64,000 nt of DNA, taken from positions 372,001 to 436,000 of the forward strand of contig JAPETS010000012.1 in the NCBI GenBank assembly GCA_026023565.1, read 5' to 3'. A program made the translations under genes and the position numbers. This document shows, piece by piece, positions 1-12,181 of this stretch; position 1 is the first letter of the stretch, and every line of letters begins with the position of its first letter. The DNA is from Cirrosporium novae-zelandiae. Its lineage: Eukaryota. The notes under the pieces are model-generated. The model made no database searches and was not told the DNA's origin. It worked only from the letters and a program-made list of their open reading frames with translations.

Positions 1-1153
1 ATTAGTGAGGTGTAGGATCTCTAAGGTGAGTAAGTCAACAGGTAGAGAGTTAAAGGGAAGAAACAAGTGATAGTGATACCAGAGGACGCTTCACTTGCTA
101 TCACTTTACCAACGCCGCAGATTAATGTAAGCAGTCTTGTGAACCGCTCATCTATTTCAAAGTTGAGCAGCCCTCGACAAGCAAGTCGTGCTCCCTCGCA
201 CAAATGCCAATAATTTTTATTCAAATATTGTAGGTGTTGAGCCGCCCGTGATAACCTATAACCGGAAAAAGACAGGTTAAAGTCGACCACAAGACAAGAA
301 TCATTTATTCAACATTTCAATTCTAAACTTACAAACTCGTGCTAGATTATTCTATTTATTGTTGCAACGACTTTGGACGCGCACAGCTTGGGGCAAGCAA
401 GCACCTTCGAATTCGGAATACCTCTAATTATCTACCTACCTGGACTCTTCTAGGACTGATCTAGTAAATATCTTAATTCTATGGGGGTCATCGAACTGTG
501 TTGGGTAATGACCTTTTTACGCTCAACCCTCAGGCTAAAGCCTAAATGTCTAACAGTGTGAAAGCGCAATGCCCCTCCCTTCCAGGCAGCAAACAAACAA
601 AGTAGAATTTTCCGGAGGTACAGTACCTTGAGGGGACGAGAAGAAAAAAACTGTACCTCGGTCATTTTTATCAATTTCCATCTCCATTTCTTTGTAGCAG
701 CACACAGCAGAGGTGATTTCCATCTATAAAACGTTAACCGACTACCCAGCCCCCCCCATCTCTCAACTTCTCAAATAACAAGATCAAGAACACTCAAATT
801 AAAACCCAAAAATTAAATGTATTAATATTAATTACCGTTCTAGTGAAACTTGCCCAACCAAAAGTCCGAACCAAAGCATGTTATCTATGGATCTACTCCG
901 TGCTGTGTATAGGTCTAGTTATACCATCACCATCACCAAACATCGTACAAGTATAGGAAAAAAGCGAAAAAAAAACAACATCCAAATCCCCATAGCTATA
1001 GTCCTTACGCCATCCCATATTAGGAACCCAAGAGTAGAGAAACCACATCTGCCCATAGCTCCAACGAACGAACGAATAAATCACCTAAATTCTCCCCCAC
1101 CCCTGATTAATCTATCGACCTGTCTTGTCTCATCTATATCACTATTGTTTAAT

Positions 1154-4100
1154 CTAAGGGCCTGGCGATTGCATCTCGGCACAGGGTCCAAAGCTCAATC
1201 TAGCAACTTGTTCCACGAAGCCTGTTCCTTTACCTTTGCCTTTGCCTTTATCTTGGCTAGCATCCATATGTTCATCGTTTGTGCTTTGGGATTGAGGGAC
1301 GTCGGGATGAGAAGTAGATGAAGCGGCAATGCGCTCTTCCGGCGGGACGCCTAAGCCCACACCCACTAGATTCGTAGCCGCTGATTTTACGTGATGCAGG
1401 TCTTGAGGTTGAGGTCCATGTGAAGAAGAAGCGATAGGGGTAGCAGTCCCCATCGGCGTCTTTGCAGGGTCATCATCCTGATCTTCTTGCCATAATTCCA
1501 ACGGCCCTTTCAGCATCTCCTCAGCAGGCGAACTGGTCAAAGTATCTGCAAATTCGATGTTGACATACTTATTTGTCTTCGACGGCGGCTGGCTCTGGCT
1601 GCGTCCAGAAGTATACGTATCATCCTCTGTATTCTCCATATCGATGGCGCTGACGCTCCTTGAGAGGGACGGAGGACTGGCTAGGAACTCATCGTCGTCT
1701 TCATCTTCCTCGGCGAAGAAGCCATCTGTCCAGCGGCCGGAGCTGTCGCTTGTGGAAGGTCGTGAATCTCCTCGTGATGATCGAATCGTCCCTGTTCCAG
1801 TCCAGCTGCTTTGCGGTGTGGAACGTAGCTCGCGTACCTCATCTACCGCCTCACGGAGCTCGCTGTCGGTCCGTGAATGTGGATTGCGTTTTTGGCCTTC
1901 GACTTCCTCCCCGTGTACACCGGTAGGCTCGTCCATCGGTTTCGCGCGCTCCGTGTTGGTTTCGAGGTCGTCATCTGTTCGTGCGGCGACGGTATCTGCG
2001 AAGTGCGTGTCGACCATGTGCTTGATGACGGGCCAACCATACGCATTTGCGAACATGCGGCGGACGATCATATTGTTGTGGGCGTCTGGTTCGAGACGGA
2101 CAAGTACTTTTCGCCAGGAGAGATCGTGGTGGTAAGCTCGTGCAATTTTTTCTTCGACTTTCATGCCGCTTGTTGGAGAGACACCCGCGTTATTGCTTCC
2201 GAGGGACTGGTTGGTGCTATTGCGGGCAATAGAATTGGCTGAGATGGAACGCGTCAAAGTGCGACGGCTGGGGGCAGACGGGGGAATGTCTTCAGGGTGA
2301 TAGACACGATCGTGGAAGATAGTACGAGGTCGGCTTTCCGGGTCGATGAGAAAGGACGTTGGCGGGAGAGGTGGGGCGAGCAGGTCGCCGGCAGATTCAA
2401 AGAAGGTTGTCCTTGGGGGAGCTAGCACATCTTCGCCATAGAGCGAGTCACCTCTAGCCATTCCCGGTCGAGAACTTGGCTGTTGCGACTCAACATCACT
2501 GGTCTGGCTGATATCATTAAAGCTCAGGGTCTGACTCCGTTTGTAAATCTTTGATTGTTTGGGCGAATTCTGGTGAGAGTTTTGACTAGGGGTTCTTGGA
2601 GGACTGGGTTTAAATAAAGAAAAGAAGCCGCTAAATGGGTTTGTCTGCTCCTGTAATGGGGATTGTCTTTCGACCGAATGCGATGCTCGATGTACTTGAG
2701 ATGTATTGTCTTCTTGAGCTGCATTTGCTGGCGGTTGAGGAACTGAAGTTTTATTGTTGTCACTGTCATCGCTATTGTCATCCGATTTTACTACTTCTTC
2801 CAAAGCTCGATTCGATCGTTGGGCACTCGCGTTTGTTCCCATGACCTCAGCAAACCCCCATTCAGCAATAGTACCAATCAATCCATTCTCTCTTCTGGCC
2901 TTCTCAACACGACCAAGGCCTCTCCAATCTAGGAATAGGAGACAGGACGTTCTTAGGGGGACAATACCGTCGTTAACAACATTTGAATATACTGTTCGAT
3001 TGCGAAACAGCCTCAAGACTGTGTGGGCAGGTCCAGTGGGTAATATCCGAAGCAATGGTTTTGAGCCAGGATCTTGCTGATGACGAGTCCGCAAAGCTTC
3101 ATTTCCCAAGCCCGCAATCATAGCCCCCAATCCACTGCGAACTGCGGCCGAGCCTCTCCAACTCAGGCCAAGATCTCGTCCTGTCTGGGCGATAAGTCCA
3201 AAGTCTAGAGCAAATTTGACATACATAGGATTCTCATTGCTCAAGCCAAGAAAAGGTGATGCCATTGCGACAAAGTTAATGGGTTTTATCTTCTGGAAGA
3301 ATTGCGGAGAATGTTTTTGAATATATGCGATAGCATAAGTTTGTATTAATCCTCCTAAAGAATGTGCGATGAAGCTGATGCTGGTTATCTGATATGCCCT
3401 TTTTTTGGCGCCAAGGTGATAGTGATGGATACTGCTGTGTTCATGTACAGGTTGTCCCTCATTATCTTCTGGAGGCTTTTGCCCAGCAAAGGTTCGTGAT
3501 ATGCTCTTGGCCATCGAGGTTTTAACAGGATAGTATGGTTGGTCTGGATATGTAGTCATTAGAACATATTTAGCAAGTCTTTTTCCTAAATACTGAATGC
3601 CTTTCTCTGTTCTGCAAGCATTCCCAGAGAATCCTCTAACGACAACCTCTTCTTCATCCTCATCCTCATCCTCTTCTTCATCTTCATCTGCAATGTTATC
3701 AAGCTCAGGGTCTAATGATGACTGGGATGTGCCCTCGTTTAAGGGTTGTTTATTTTCTGTAGATTGTTTGAAAGAATTCGCCTTTCGCTGGCGTTCTTGT
3801 AATTTGTATTGAGCACGTCGTTTACGTACATCTTCTTTGGCTTGTTTTGCTGCAGCATCAATGCTCTCTTTCACATATAACATATCGGCTCCAAGATTAC
3901 TATGCAAGCCATGTGTTAGGATGACTAAATGAACCTTTTTCTGTTTGCGTTCATCAGCCTCCTCAGAATAGCTTTGTGATCTTCTGCCAAAACTCTTTCT
4001 TGTAATTCCTTCGCGTGACTTCCGGTCTTCTGTGTTTTCCCACTCAGGAAACGGGGGGGTATTCCATAAACTAGTTGTATCTTGAACCATTAAGGTAACT

Positions 4101-4731
4101 GCCCTTGAAAATATACCTTTGTGGGGTGAGCCTGATGGCTTACCCATCTCGTGGTCCCGGACATCTCCTGGGGTACCATGGGTGTTGCCAGTAAATGCGG
4201 AGAGCCCCAAGTCCACGGATCTTTCATCCCGCCCCACCAACAATTCATATTTGACACACGCAGAGGTGCTGAAGATGACCTGCGATGCAATTTCTATTTT
4301 CCAAGAAAAGCTCTTTGGGGGTCCATCTTCAAAATGAGCATCAATGGTATCGGCTGTAGACCGAATATTCTCCGGCACAGTAAGCTTCGCTTCCCAGCTT
4401 CCTCCGGCCTTCAACTGTGGTTCAAACTCAGGAACTCCTTCCTGCTGTGAATTCTCTTGTTTCTGGTTTGGGTTGAAGGTTGCAGGGTAACATGCGGCGT
4501 AGAGTGTATAAGGTCCGTGAAGGTAAGCAGCCCGCAGTGCAATAGCACATGTATTTCTGATTTTGATATAAAGATGGGATGGAGAAGGGAGGATTCGATC
4601 AGCAGAAGGAGTATAAGTCAAAGTATAGCTGTATCTAATCAATTCGGTGAACTGGTCAACATGTCTGGACCAGAAGCTCACCGCACCACCTCTCCAACCC
4701 CAACATCGCCAACCTGGTGGACCAGTAGCAT
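1154..4731 (-). CDS. ROG1: ROG1-like putative lipase/serine esterase (DUF676)
   Basis: Exon 1 MLLVHQVGDVGVGEVVR, GT-AG intron 4629-4681, then YTLTYTPS. Motifs HLVILTHGLHSN, ISFIAHSLGGL and YSNVVNDGIVPLRTS are typical of the family. Confidence 0.85.
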
Positions 4732-5389
4732 TCTTCTTGCACGTCGTTCCGCTGCGAGTTCTAAACTCCTATTTCTGGATGCAGCCGAATACAGTGGTCT
4801 GGCCTCACGTGCGCCGTCATCGGGAACTTGTGAGAGGATATATGTGCGAGGGGTGAGGAGCATCTAGGTGGGACATCATTAGTGATGTATCAGGTACGAA
4901 CGGAGGCTTTTTGGAAATGTACGCCGCTGGAGGTCTCTCGCGTGTCTGGTCTGGAACTTCGGTCTTCCGAACCCAATGGAGATTCCGAGAGATGACGGAG
5001 TGAGGCGGAAGTTCAAGCTTGGCATTAAATATCTCCGCGAGGTCAGGTAATCAGAAGTTGTCCAAATAATGAAAATAGCTAAATGGACTTGGCTACTAGA
5101 CTAATTGTTCAAAATAAATTATGAGACTTGTGGAAGTGTAAGTGGAAGTGGAAATGTAAATAATCAAGAAATAAAGAGCCCACTGCTGCTCTTGCGAGAA
5201 GACCAAGATGCCCCGCGTAGATGGGCCTTGCTTTTCCAACCACCAAGTTTGAACTGGGATAGCTAATCGTCACGCGCCACATTATCTAACCAGTACACAG
5301 ACTATATGCCAGACCGAACTCAAATATTTCTAATTTCTTTTTTCAGACTGTTGTGGTTGAACCAATAGAATACCTGACCACGTGCTGAC

Positions 5390-6742
5390 CTATGAAGCAG
5401 GAGCGATAACATTCAAAATTTCTCTCTCTTCCCTTTGAATTTCCATCCAGCCTCCTTCAGGGACAACCACAATTTTTCCATCGATACATATTCTGCGCCA
5501 TCGGTCCTCGACCTCATCAAAGTCAATCCGTACACCCTCCACATCTAGGTAATCAACAACAGCCTCTTCCACATGCTTTCCTCCCTGATATGCCAAGCCC
5601 ATGATTCTCATCACCTCATCAGAATCGAGGGGTCCAAAATGTACAAGTCTTAATAATCCGTCTAATGGCTGCGAAGCTGGCGAAATGAGAAAATCTCGCT
5701 CTAGGTTCGATACCATCGTTGTCAAAGCGTACATATGCTCATCCCCACCAACCTCTTCGTAAGAATCTTGGCCTTGGCGTATTACCGTGATTTTTCCTTT
5801 GTAGCGATGGGAGGTAGCTCCATCTGAGGGCCATAACAATTCCTTAGCTGCCATTTGAAAACGCTGTGCCCCGAATTTCCTGTAATGCGATGTATCACTA
5901 TCGGCGACCAGAGACGCGTGGAGACCCCAGCTGCAGACAACTACTCCAAATATTTCCAATGTTTCATCCTGGGAAGCTTCTGGAGAATGAATTTCTTGAG
6001 TATTCCTACCTTCATCAGTGATGAATTTTGCTTCTGGAGACAAGCGCACAGTAAACAGTGGGACATCCTGTGGGGAACCTCCCAGAAGGGTAGATAGCGC
6101 ATTAGTTGAGGATTTTGTCAAGCCGAGCGACGAGGCAAAGGCGTTGCCCGTTCCTAATGGAAGGATTACAACCGTCGGCTTCAAATAACTTGGCCCGAGA
6201 TCCTTTAATAACAGCACGTTGACAAGATCAATTAAACCACCATCACCAGACAGAAGAACAATTGTTTGTGAGATTCCCTGGCATGCACGGGGGAAGAAGA
6301 CACTCCGAGTCAAATCGGCAACGGACTGAGAAGACTCGGTTTGGTGGAGAGAGTAGTCAGATAATCCGAGAGAGGAGAATAGGGGATTAAGTATGTTATT
6401 GAAATATGACTCTGCTAGTCCGGTACCAGATAACGTAGATATTATAACATGGACATCAGACTGCGACGGTTGAAAGAGATGAGGGGGGAAGTCTTCAAGA
6501 AAGAAGTCTTTTAGATCTGGACTTGGCAGGCCTATGGAACAAAAGCAACATAATTTCTCTGGGAAACCGAGCTCTGAAGTTCCCCGTCCGGATACAGTAG
6601 GGGTAGTAGGTGAAGTAGGTGAAGTGGGCATAATGAGTGGAACTTCTTCCACACTCTGCACACCAAAAATCAACAATCGCCTCTTCTCCAATGGTACATC
6701 CTGCCCCCCACTTGGATCTGGGATGACGGCGAATACGTCCAT
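5390..6742 (-). CDS. Diacylglycerol/sphingosine kinase catalytic-domain protein (5' end may extend into an upstream exon)
   Basis: Motifs LLSGDGG, LPLGTGNAFA, SWGLHASLVADSD and ICIDGK in a 450 aa ORF. Confidence 0.8.
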   Translation of the reverse strand: MDVFAVIPDPSGGQDVPLEKRRLLIFGVQSVEEVPLIMPTSPTSPTTPTVSGRGTSELGFPEKLCCFCSIGLPSPDLKDFFLEDFPPHLFQPSQSDVHVIISTLSGTGLAESYFNNILNPLFSSLGLSDYSLHQTESSQSVADLTRSVFFPRACQGISQTIVLLSGDGGLIDLVNVLLLKDLGPSYLKPTVVILPLGTGNAFASSLGLTKSSTNALSTLLGGSPQDVPLFTVRLSPEAKFITDEGRNTQEIHSPEASQDETLEIFGVVVCSWGLHASLVADSDTSHYRKFGAQRFQMAAKELLWPSDGATSHRYKGKITVIRQGQDSYEEVGGDEHMYALTTMVSNLERDFLISPASQPLDGLLRLVHFGPLDSDEVMRIMGLAYQGGKHVEEAVVDYLDVEGVRIDFDEVEDRWRRICIDGKIVVVPEGGWMEIQREEREILNVIAPAS

Positions 6743-7289
6743 TTGATGAGAGTAGTAATATGGAAACTGGATAGGATTGGACTAGTTAACGAAGTATGAC
6801 AGGCTCTCAGTAGTTTGCGAAAACTTCAATTCAGTTGGATAGATTATCCTGTCCTATCACATTAGAGTATCTATGAAGTATGAAGTATTTAATATCATGA
6901 AGTGTAAATGTCTGTTCGGAAAGAAAATGTGTATTTGAACTGGTAGAGTGAAGACGCAATTCGGTTATGATGTCGTGGATGTGACCTCAGGGATCGCTAA
7001 TCAAGAATATTATTAATCGTTGGTCTCGTGACCTGTAATAATCTACTGCATATGCCTGTTCCCTTCATCAACATCGTACTGTACATTGAACATTCAAAAA
7101 CATGACCACGACCCTGGTGATGCAAACCGCGTGTTAAACTCTAACGCTGTTGAGTCATTCCATATTATCCTCGTCCATGTCTTCTACGTCTTCTCAACCC
7201 ATAACAATCAAGTATACCAACAATTTTAGAAAATTGAAGAAAAAACATCCCAAGAAGCCTTCAGCGAGAATCTCGGACGACAGCTCCTC

Positions 7290-10200
7290 TTAACTAGCCA
7301 TCTTCACCTCGTCGACGTTTGAATAGTCATACGAATGCTTATCGCTGAGATTGACCGCAAGGAAACTCTTTGGAAGTTTTACTCTGTAAATCGTTAGCTA
7401 CTAATCCACTATGTTGACGGGTGAAAAACTTACGTGTCGAACTTTTCTCTCAAGGTTTCAATGACTTCCTTCCAATCGTGGTGATCCGTCAAGCTCCTCC
7501 TAGGTGCACAGCCAATGCAATGTTTGGAATCTAGCTGAACATCTAGCGGATCAAATGTATGGCAGCCAGGGGATATACTGATCCGAATGCTATACTCAAA
7601 AGTATCGGACTCCTTATCTTCGGCTTCATAAAGCTCAAAAGCAATTTGGGAAAGGTAGTCCAACTCCGGAATGGCGTTTCTTGAGATTTTTGTTTTGATA
7701 CCTCCTTCCAGAATACAATTAAGCAAAGTATATATATGTGATTCTTTGGTAAAGTAAATGAAGGATTTTGCTTTTTCGGATGCTTGAACCTCCTCAAGAT
7801 CATCGACAATTTCCCTCAATAAAGGGAGAGATGTCAGGAGACCTATTTCAAGTTTCTCGCTATCTTCAATCCCATATTCTTGCGGGCCAATAAAATCAAA
7901 TAGGATCTTAGCAAGTCTATACAGCTCGCGAAGCTTTTCTAGCCTGACATCTGTTTTGGCTTTAGTCCTACCGGTGCCAGTAAAGAGTTTGAAATATGAT
8001 CCACTCGGCTCGTCAGGTGTAGGCATTGGTGATTGGTTAGTGGGGTTCAACACAGATTTTCTTCTGAGACCGATGCGATGGGCAAGAGTGTGTCCTGCAG
8101 TTTTATCTTGATCCGTTGAGATACTCTTGTCCAATTGCCCTTCTTTCATTGAAGGGTCGGGCGAATGATCGTCGTCGTTTTCGGTTACTTTCTCTCCAAC
8201 ACTGGTCGAGGTAGGGGTGAAAACCCATTCCAAAAATTGACGGTTATGCAGAGCGTCAAATTTCATAGTGTCATACAGCTCAGAGATCTTGCTAGGGTCA
8301 ACCTTTTCCGTATCACAGAACTCCTTGAACAATTTCTCCCATCTCTCCTTGAACAGCTCGGCATCTTCACCACAGCACCAGCGACCCTGGATACTATTCA
8401 CAGCTTGGATTTGGGCCAATGAGTTTCCAGAAATACTGGAAGCCCCGTCTCCATTTACAGCAGCCAAAGAAGCCGCGGCTTGCCCATTGAGTTTGGAAAA
8501 TTTCTCGCGTAAGACCCGTCGGTGGAATTTCATTAGCTCAACGACCTGTGAAAGAACGATAGATGGCTCTGGTGTATGGCTTGCAGGCCATGCAAATTGA
8601 AGAGGGCGCTCATGGCCTTCCCTCAAGAGAACCTTGAGCTTCTTTTTGACCTTATCCATCTCATCCTTAGCAGCATTGGAATCGTCAAGAAGATCTTTGC
8701 GGATCTTCAAGGATTCTTCGGACATTTCCTTCTGATCTAAAAAAGCTGCGGCCCAGATTTGTGCACTGGCACTCACCCGCCGTTCTGAACTCGTAAAGAT
8801 CCTAACATCAACCAACGCATCTCTGTTCAAAAGTAAGATGTCGTTCCGCATATTTTCACCGAGATCCTGGCATTGGTATCGCGCAGAGTGAGTAGGTTCT
8901 CCGCCCCACTTGATGACAAGTTGCAATTTGTCTAGCACTAAATTATCTTCGGCGGCTGCATATCTTGAGAAGGTGGCATCGGATATTGAATCGCTCCTAG
9001 TCTTTGGGCGCTCAGAGATGACTGTATCAGTAGGTGCAGCAACATTAAGAGATCCGGCACGAGATAGCAGGATTGTTTCCTCTGGCCTTCGTTTTCTGAA
9101 CATGGGCTTAATTTGAACCTTGGTCCCTGGCCAAGCTCCCTTTCTAGCTAAAGACGTTCTAAGCTGCTTCAGCTTTTCCATATCTTCACTCCTCTCCTCC
9201 ATAGCTAGCTTGACTGCATCCATTACACTACCCAATGCAGCTTCTCCTTTAAGCAGAACTTCTTCTTGGTGGCCTTTGAGCAAATCAACAAAGGGCTGGC
9301 TGTGGAACGTGAATTTGAACTTTTGCTTGGGAGTTCTATCGGCATGTCGAATTACCGTGACAGTGCCTTTCAACTTCCATGAGTGCTTGGATGCTGGTGG
9401 AGGAGCTGTATCAAGTTGGTCTGTTGATTCTGATGGCTTCGTCGTATCCCTCAAATCCATATTCGGAATAGCTGGAGGCGGTAACAAATCGGCTTGACTC
9501 GCTGGTACAGACGGAAGTGTTGAAGAATGCTCGGGTCCCATCGCCGGAGAGACTGTAGGACTGGCCGTTAAAGACGGATCAGCAGAATAAGAAATTCGTT
9601 GAGGATGATGATGACCACCAATCCTAGATAAACTCGGGGATTTCATTATCCTTTTTCCTAATTGGCCTAAGGTGCTTTTTCGATGTGACTGATCTTTGAC
9701 GGAAGTAGCAACGCTGGACGATTCAGAAGCTGGAGTTCTTCCTTCCTTCCGTTCCTTCTCTTGAACAAACATCTCTTTTAGGATCTTAGCGCATTTATCA
9801 TAATAATCATTATTGTCTTTGACAAAGCTCCATCCGTTAACATCAATCACAAAACTCTTACCCCCGGTCCGGAGCAAATCAAACCCACATATCCGTTGTC
9901 CGAAACCTTTCGCAATCCTTGACGCTATTTCCTTTTCTACATCAGTAAGATCAGCAACGTAGCGAATCTCTTTGCCATAAGTGTTGCGTCTAACAATACC
10001 ATCTATAACGGGAGATTTCCGAGTTTCCGCATGGCAATAACTTAGACCAACTGTGTAGGCTTTAACATCTTCGGAATTATCCACTCTTAGAAACTGTTCG
10101 TAGATGTAACTGCCATCCTTATGGGTTATGGCCCGCGGTATGCAAAGATCGGGCTCCCATTCCGAACTCTTGTTACCAATTTTGCGGAATAGTCTCCTAC

Positions 10201-11656
10201 CCCCACCACCATTCTGACTTTTGGGAAAGTAAATGCGAATATTATGATCTTCACCACTGACAGGTTTCTCAACAAAGGGTTTTTTTAATGCCACACCATC
10301 CACAACCAGAGTGTCGTTATCATCCGTCATTAAAATCTCGCTTGGGCCGTGAACTCCTCCTCCAGTCCCATCTTCTGGGCCCTCAAGCTTTATACCACTC
10401 ATTTCCTGTACATGTCTTGCGAGTTCGGCGGATTCCAGCCTTGGGCCACCATCACGATTAACCTCTATTCTCTTTGGTGTAGGGACGTTTAGGGCATCCA
10501 GTATTTTTAAACATATTCTTCTATCCCAGAGAATCTTTTGCATCTGCAGATCATTAACGCAAAATGGGTGCCGCAGTTTGCTATACGCAATAGCTTTATC
10601 GAGGGGGAAGCCATCCGAATAAAAAGAGATGAGAAAATCGCATATCGGCCAATTCTCTACCTCTTCATCGAGAATAACTTTATCTCCAAATACAATGACC
10701 TCGAATGGACCCTTGGCCTGTAGCCGAGTGAGAATGTTTCGACTGGGCTTGCTCCGAGCCTTCACATCGAGTGCACAAACACCAACCTTCCCAAGGGTTG
10801 GCGGCTTAGGCTCTGGTTCTTTCATTCTTTCGCCGCTTGGACTTCCAGCACTGCTCGACCCAGTATTTCCACTCAATCTACGTTGAGCCTCACTCCTAGA
10901 TCTTCGCACGCTTTGGCTATCCCGCGAGCTAGGTAGAATCCCAGAATTTGATTCTATTCCTCGCGCACGTAAAGATGGAGACGGTCCTATAGAATGTGCT
11001 TTAGAAGTTACTGACACGGGATCAGTAGCGGTGGTTGGTCCAGACAGAATATCGCTCCGTCCGCTTGAAGATGAGGTCATTGGGTACCCTCCTGTTGATC
11101 TTGATATGTCGTTATCCACTCGAATGGAACCATTAGTTGAACTGGCGCCACTTGGCAAGGTATTTGAGCCTCCCCCAGTAAATGCTGATGAGCCGGCGGA
11201 CATGAGAGAAGAGAATGACAGCCGATTGTTCTCCCTTTCTGATTTTCGAGGTAAGGTGGATAAGTCATGATTTCCCGGCACGGCATCCTCGCTATTTGTT
11301 GGTTTATCCAATGGCTTAGATAACGATGCCGGTGTGCTTCTTAATTTTTTAGATTGTGGTGGTGGCATTGAAATATTCCCTTTAACATCGTTCCCTTCAC
11401 TCTGTTCGGTTTCTACCTGGCGACTTTTTCTAGCAATGGCGGAGGAGACGGCGGATGCAGACAATAGCGAATGGGAGGCATTTCGAGGACTGGTTCTGGG
11501 AGGTATTCCCAGTTTTGTGCCACTCCCTGTAGAGGAAGCAGATGAGACTTTGCCCAATTCCGCTCCTATGAATGTCACATCGTTTTCGTGGGGAGTACCA
11601 CCCGGCTGGTTCGCTCCTGCTTGATTCCAGCTATTGGTTCGTAATAGGGAGGCCAT
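7290..11656 (-). CDS. VIP1: Inositol hexakisphosphate/diphosphoinositol pentakisphosphate kinase (Vip1/Asp1)
   Basis: ATP-grasp kinase domain ([35 protein letters not shown]) and histidine-phosphatase-like [12 protein letters not shown]. Intron 7384-7433 is followed by a last exon [13 protein letters not shown]...MAS*. Confidence 0.95.
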
Positions 11657-12181
11657 TTTGATTCGTCGCCTTTAATAAGGAAGAGATGACAATTGTTGAA
11701 GTTCTCCCAGACAATTTAATTTTATGACAGCGATGGTCAATGGTCATAGCGTGAAGTCTGGCAGTTTTTCGAGCAGGTCCAGATGGTTGGTGGGTACGCG
11801 CAATTGGAAGGTGATTGTGGCGATGGTACCTCAATGCATGTTATGGCAGGATTCTTTCCAAGCTCTCCAGGTATGAGCTTCAAGCAGTGCAAATTGTTGA
11901 GAAGGCAGAAAACAAAAATAAAAAGACATGGTGGCTCTTTCTACGTAGGAGTTCCTTTGTAGAGTTAGCTAAAGCTGTTCACCGTAAGCTTTCAAGGAAT
12001 GAACGGGCCATACAAAGTACATCAATGACGAAACTATTGGCCCCAGTACCGCCGCCAAAAAAATTACAGTTTTCCGTATCATTCAAAGAATATTTGGTAC
12101 ACAAAATTTCAACGTTTACTCGATAGCTAATTATCGGTAATGCAAACATAGTCGATATTTCATTTAAAGCTGTTATCGACA
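11657..12181. promoter_or_regulatory. Short divergent intergenic region/promoter shared by VIP1 and UTP21
   Basis: Head-to-head start codons about 525 bp apart. Confidence 0.5.

Noticed and set aside
1..1100. Short ORFs and a 10-bp inverted repeat (GAGGTACAGT 615-624 / ACTGTACCTC 650-659)
   Set aside because: No recognisable protein family or element structure; not enough support.
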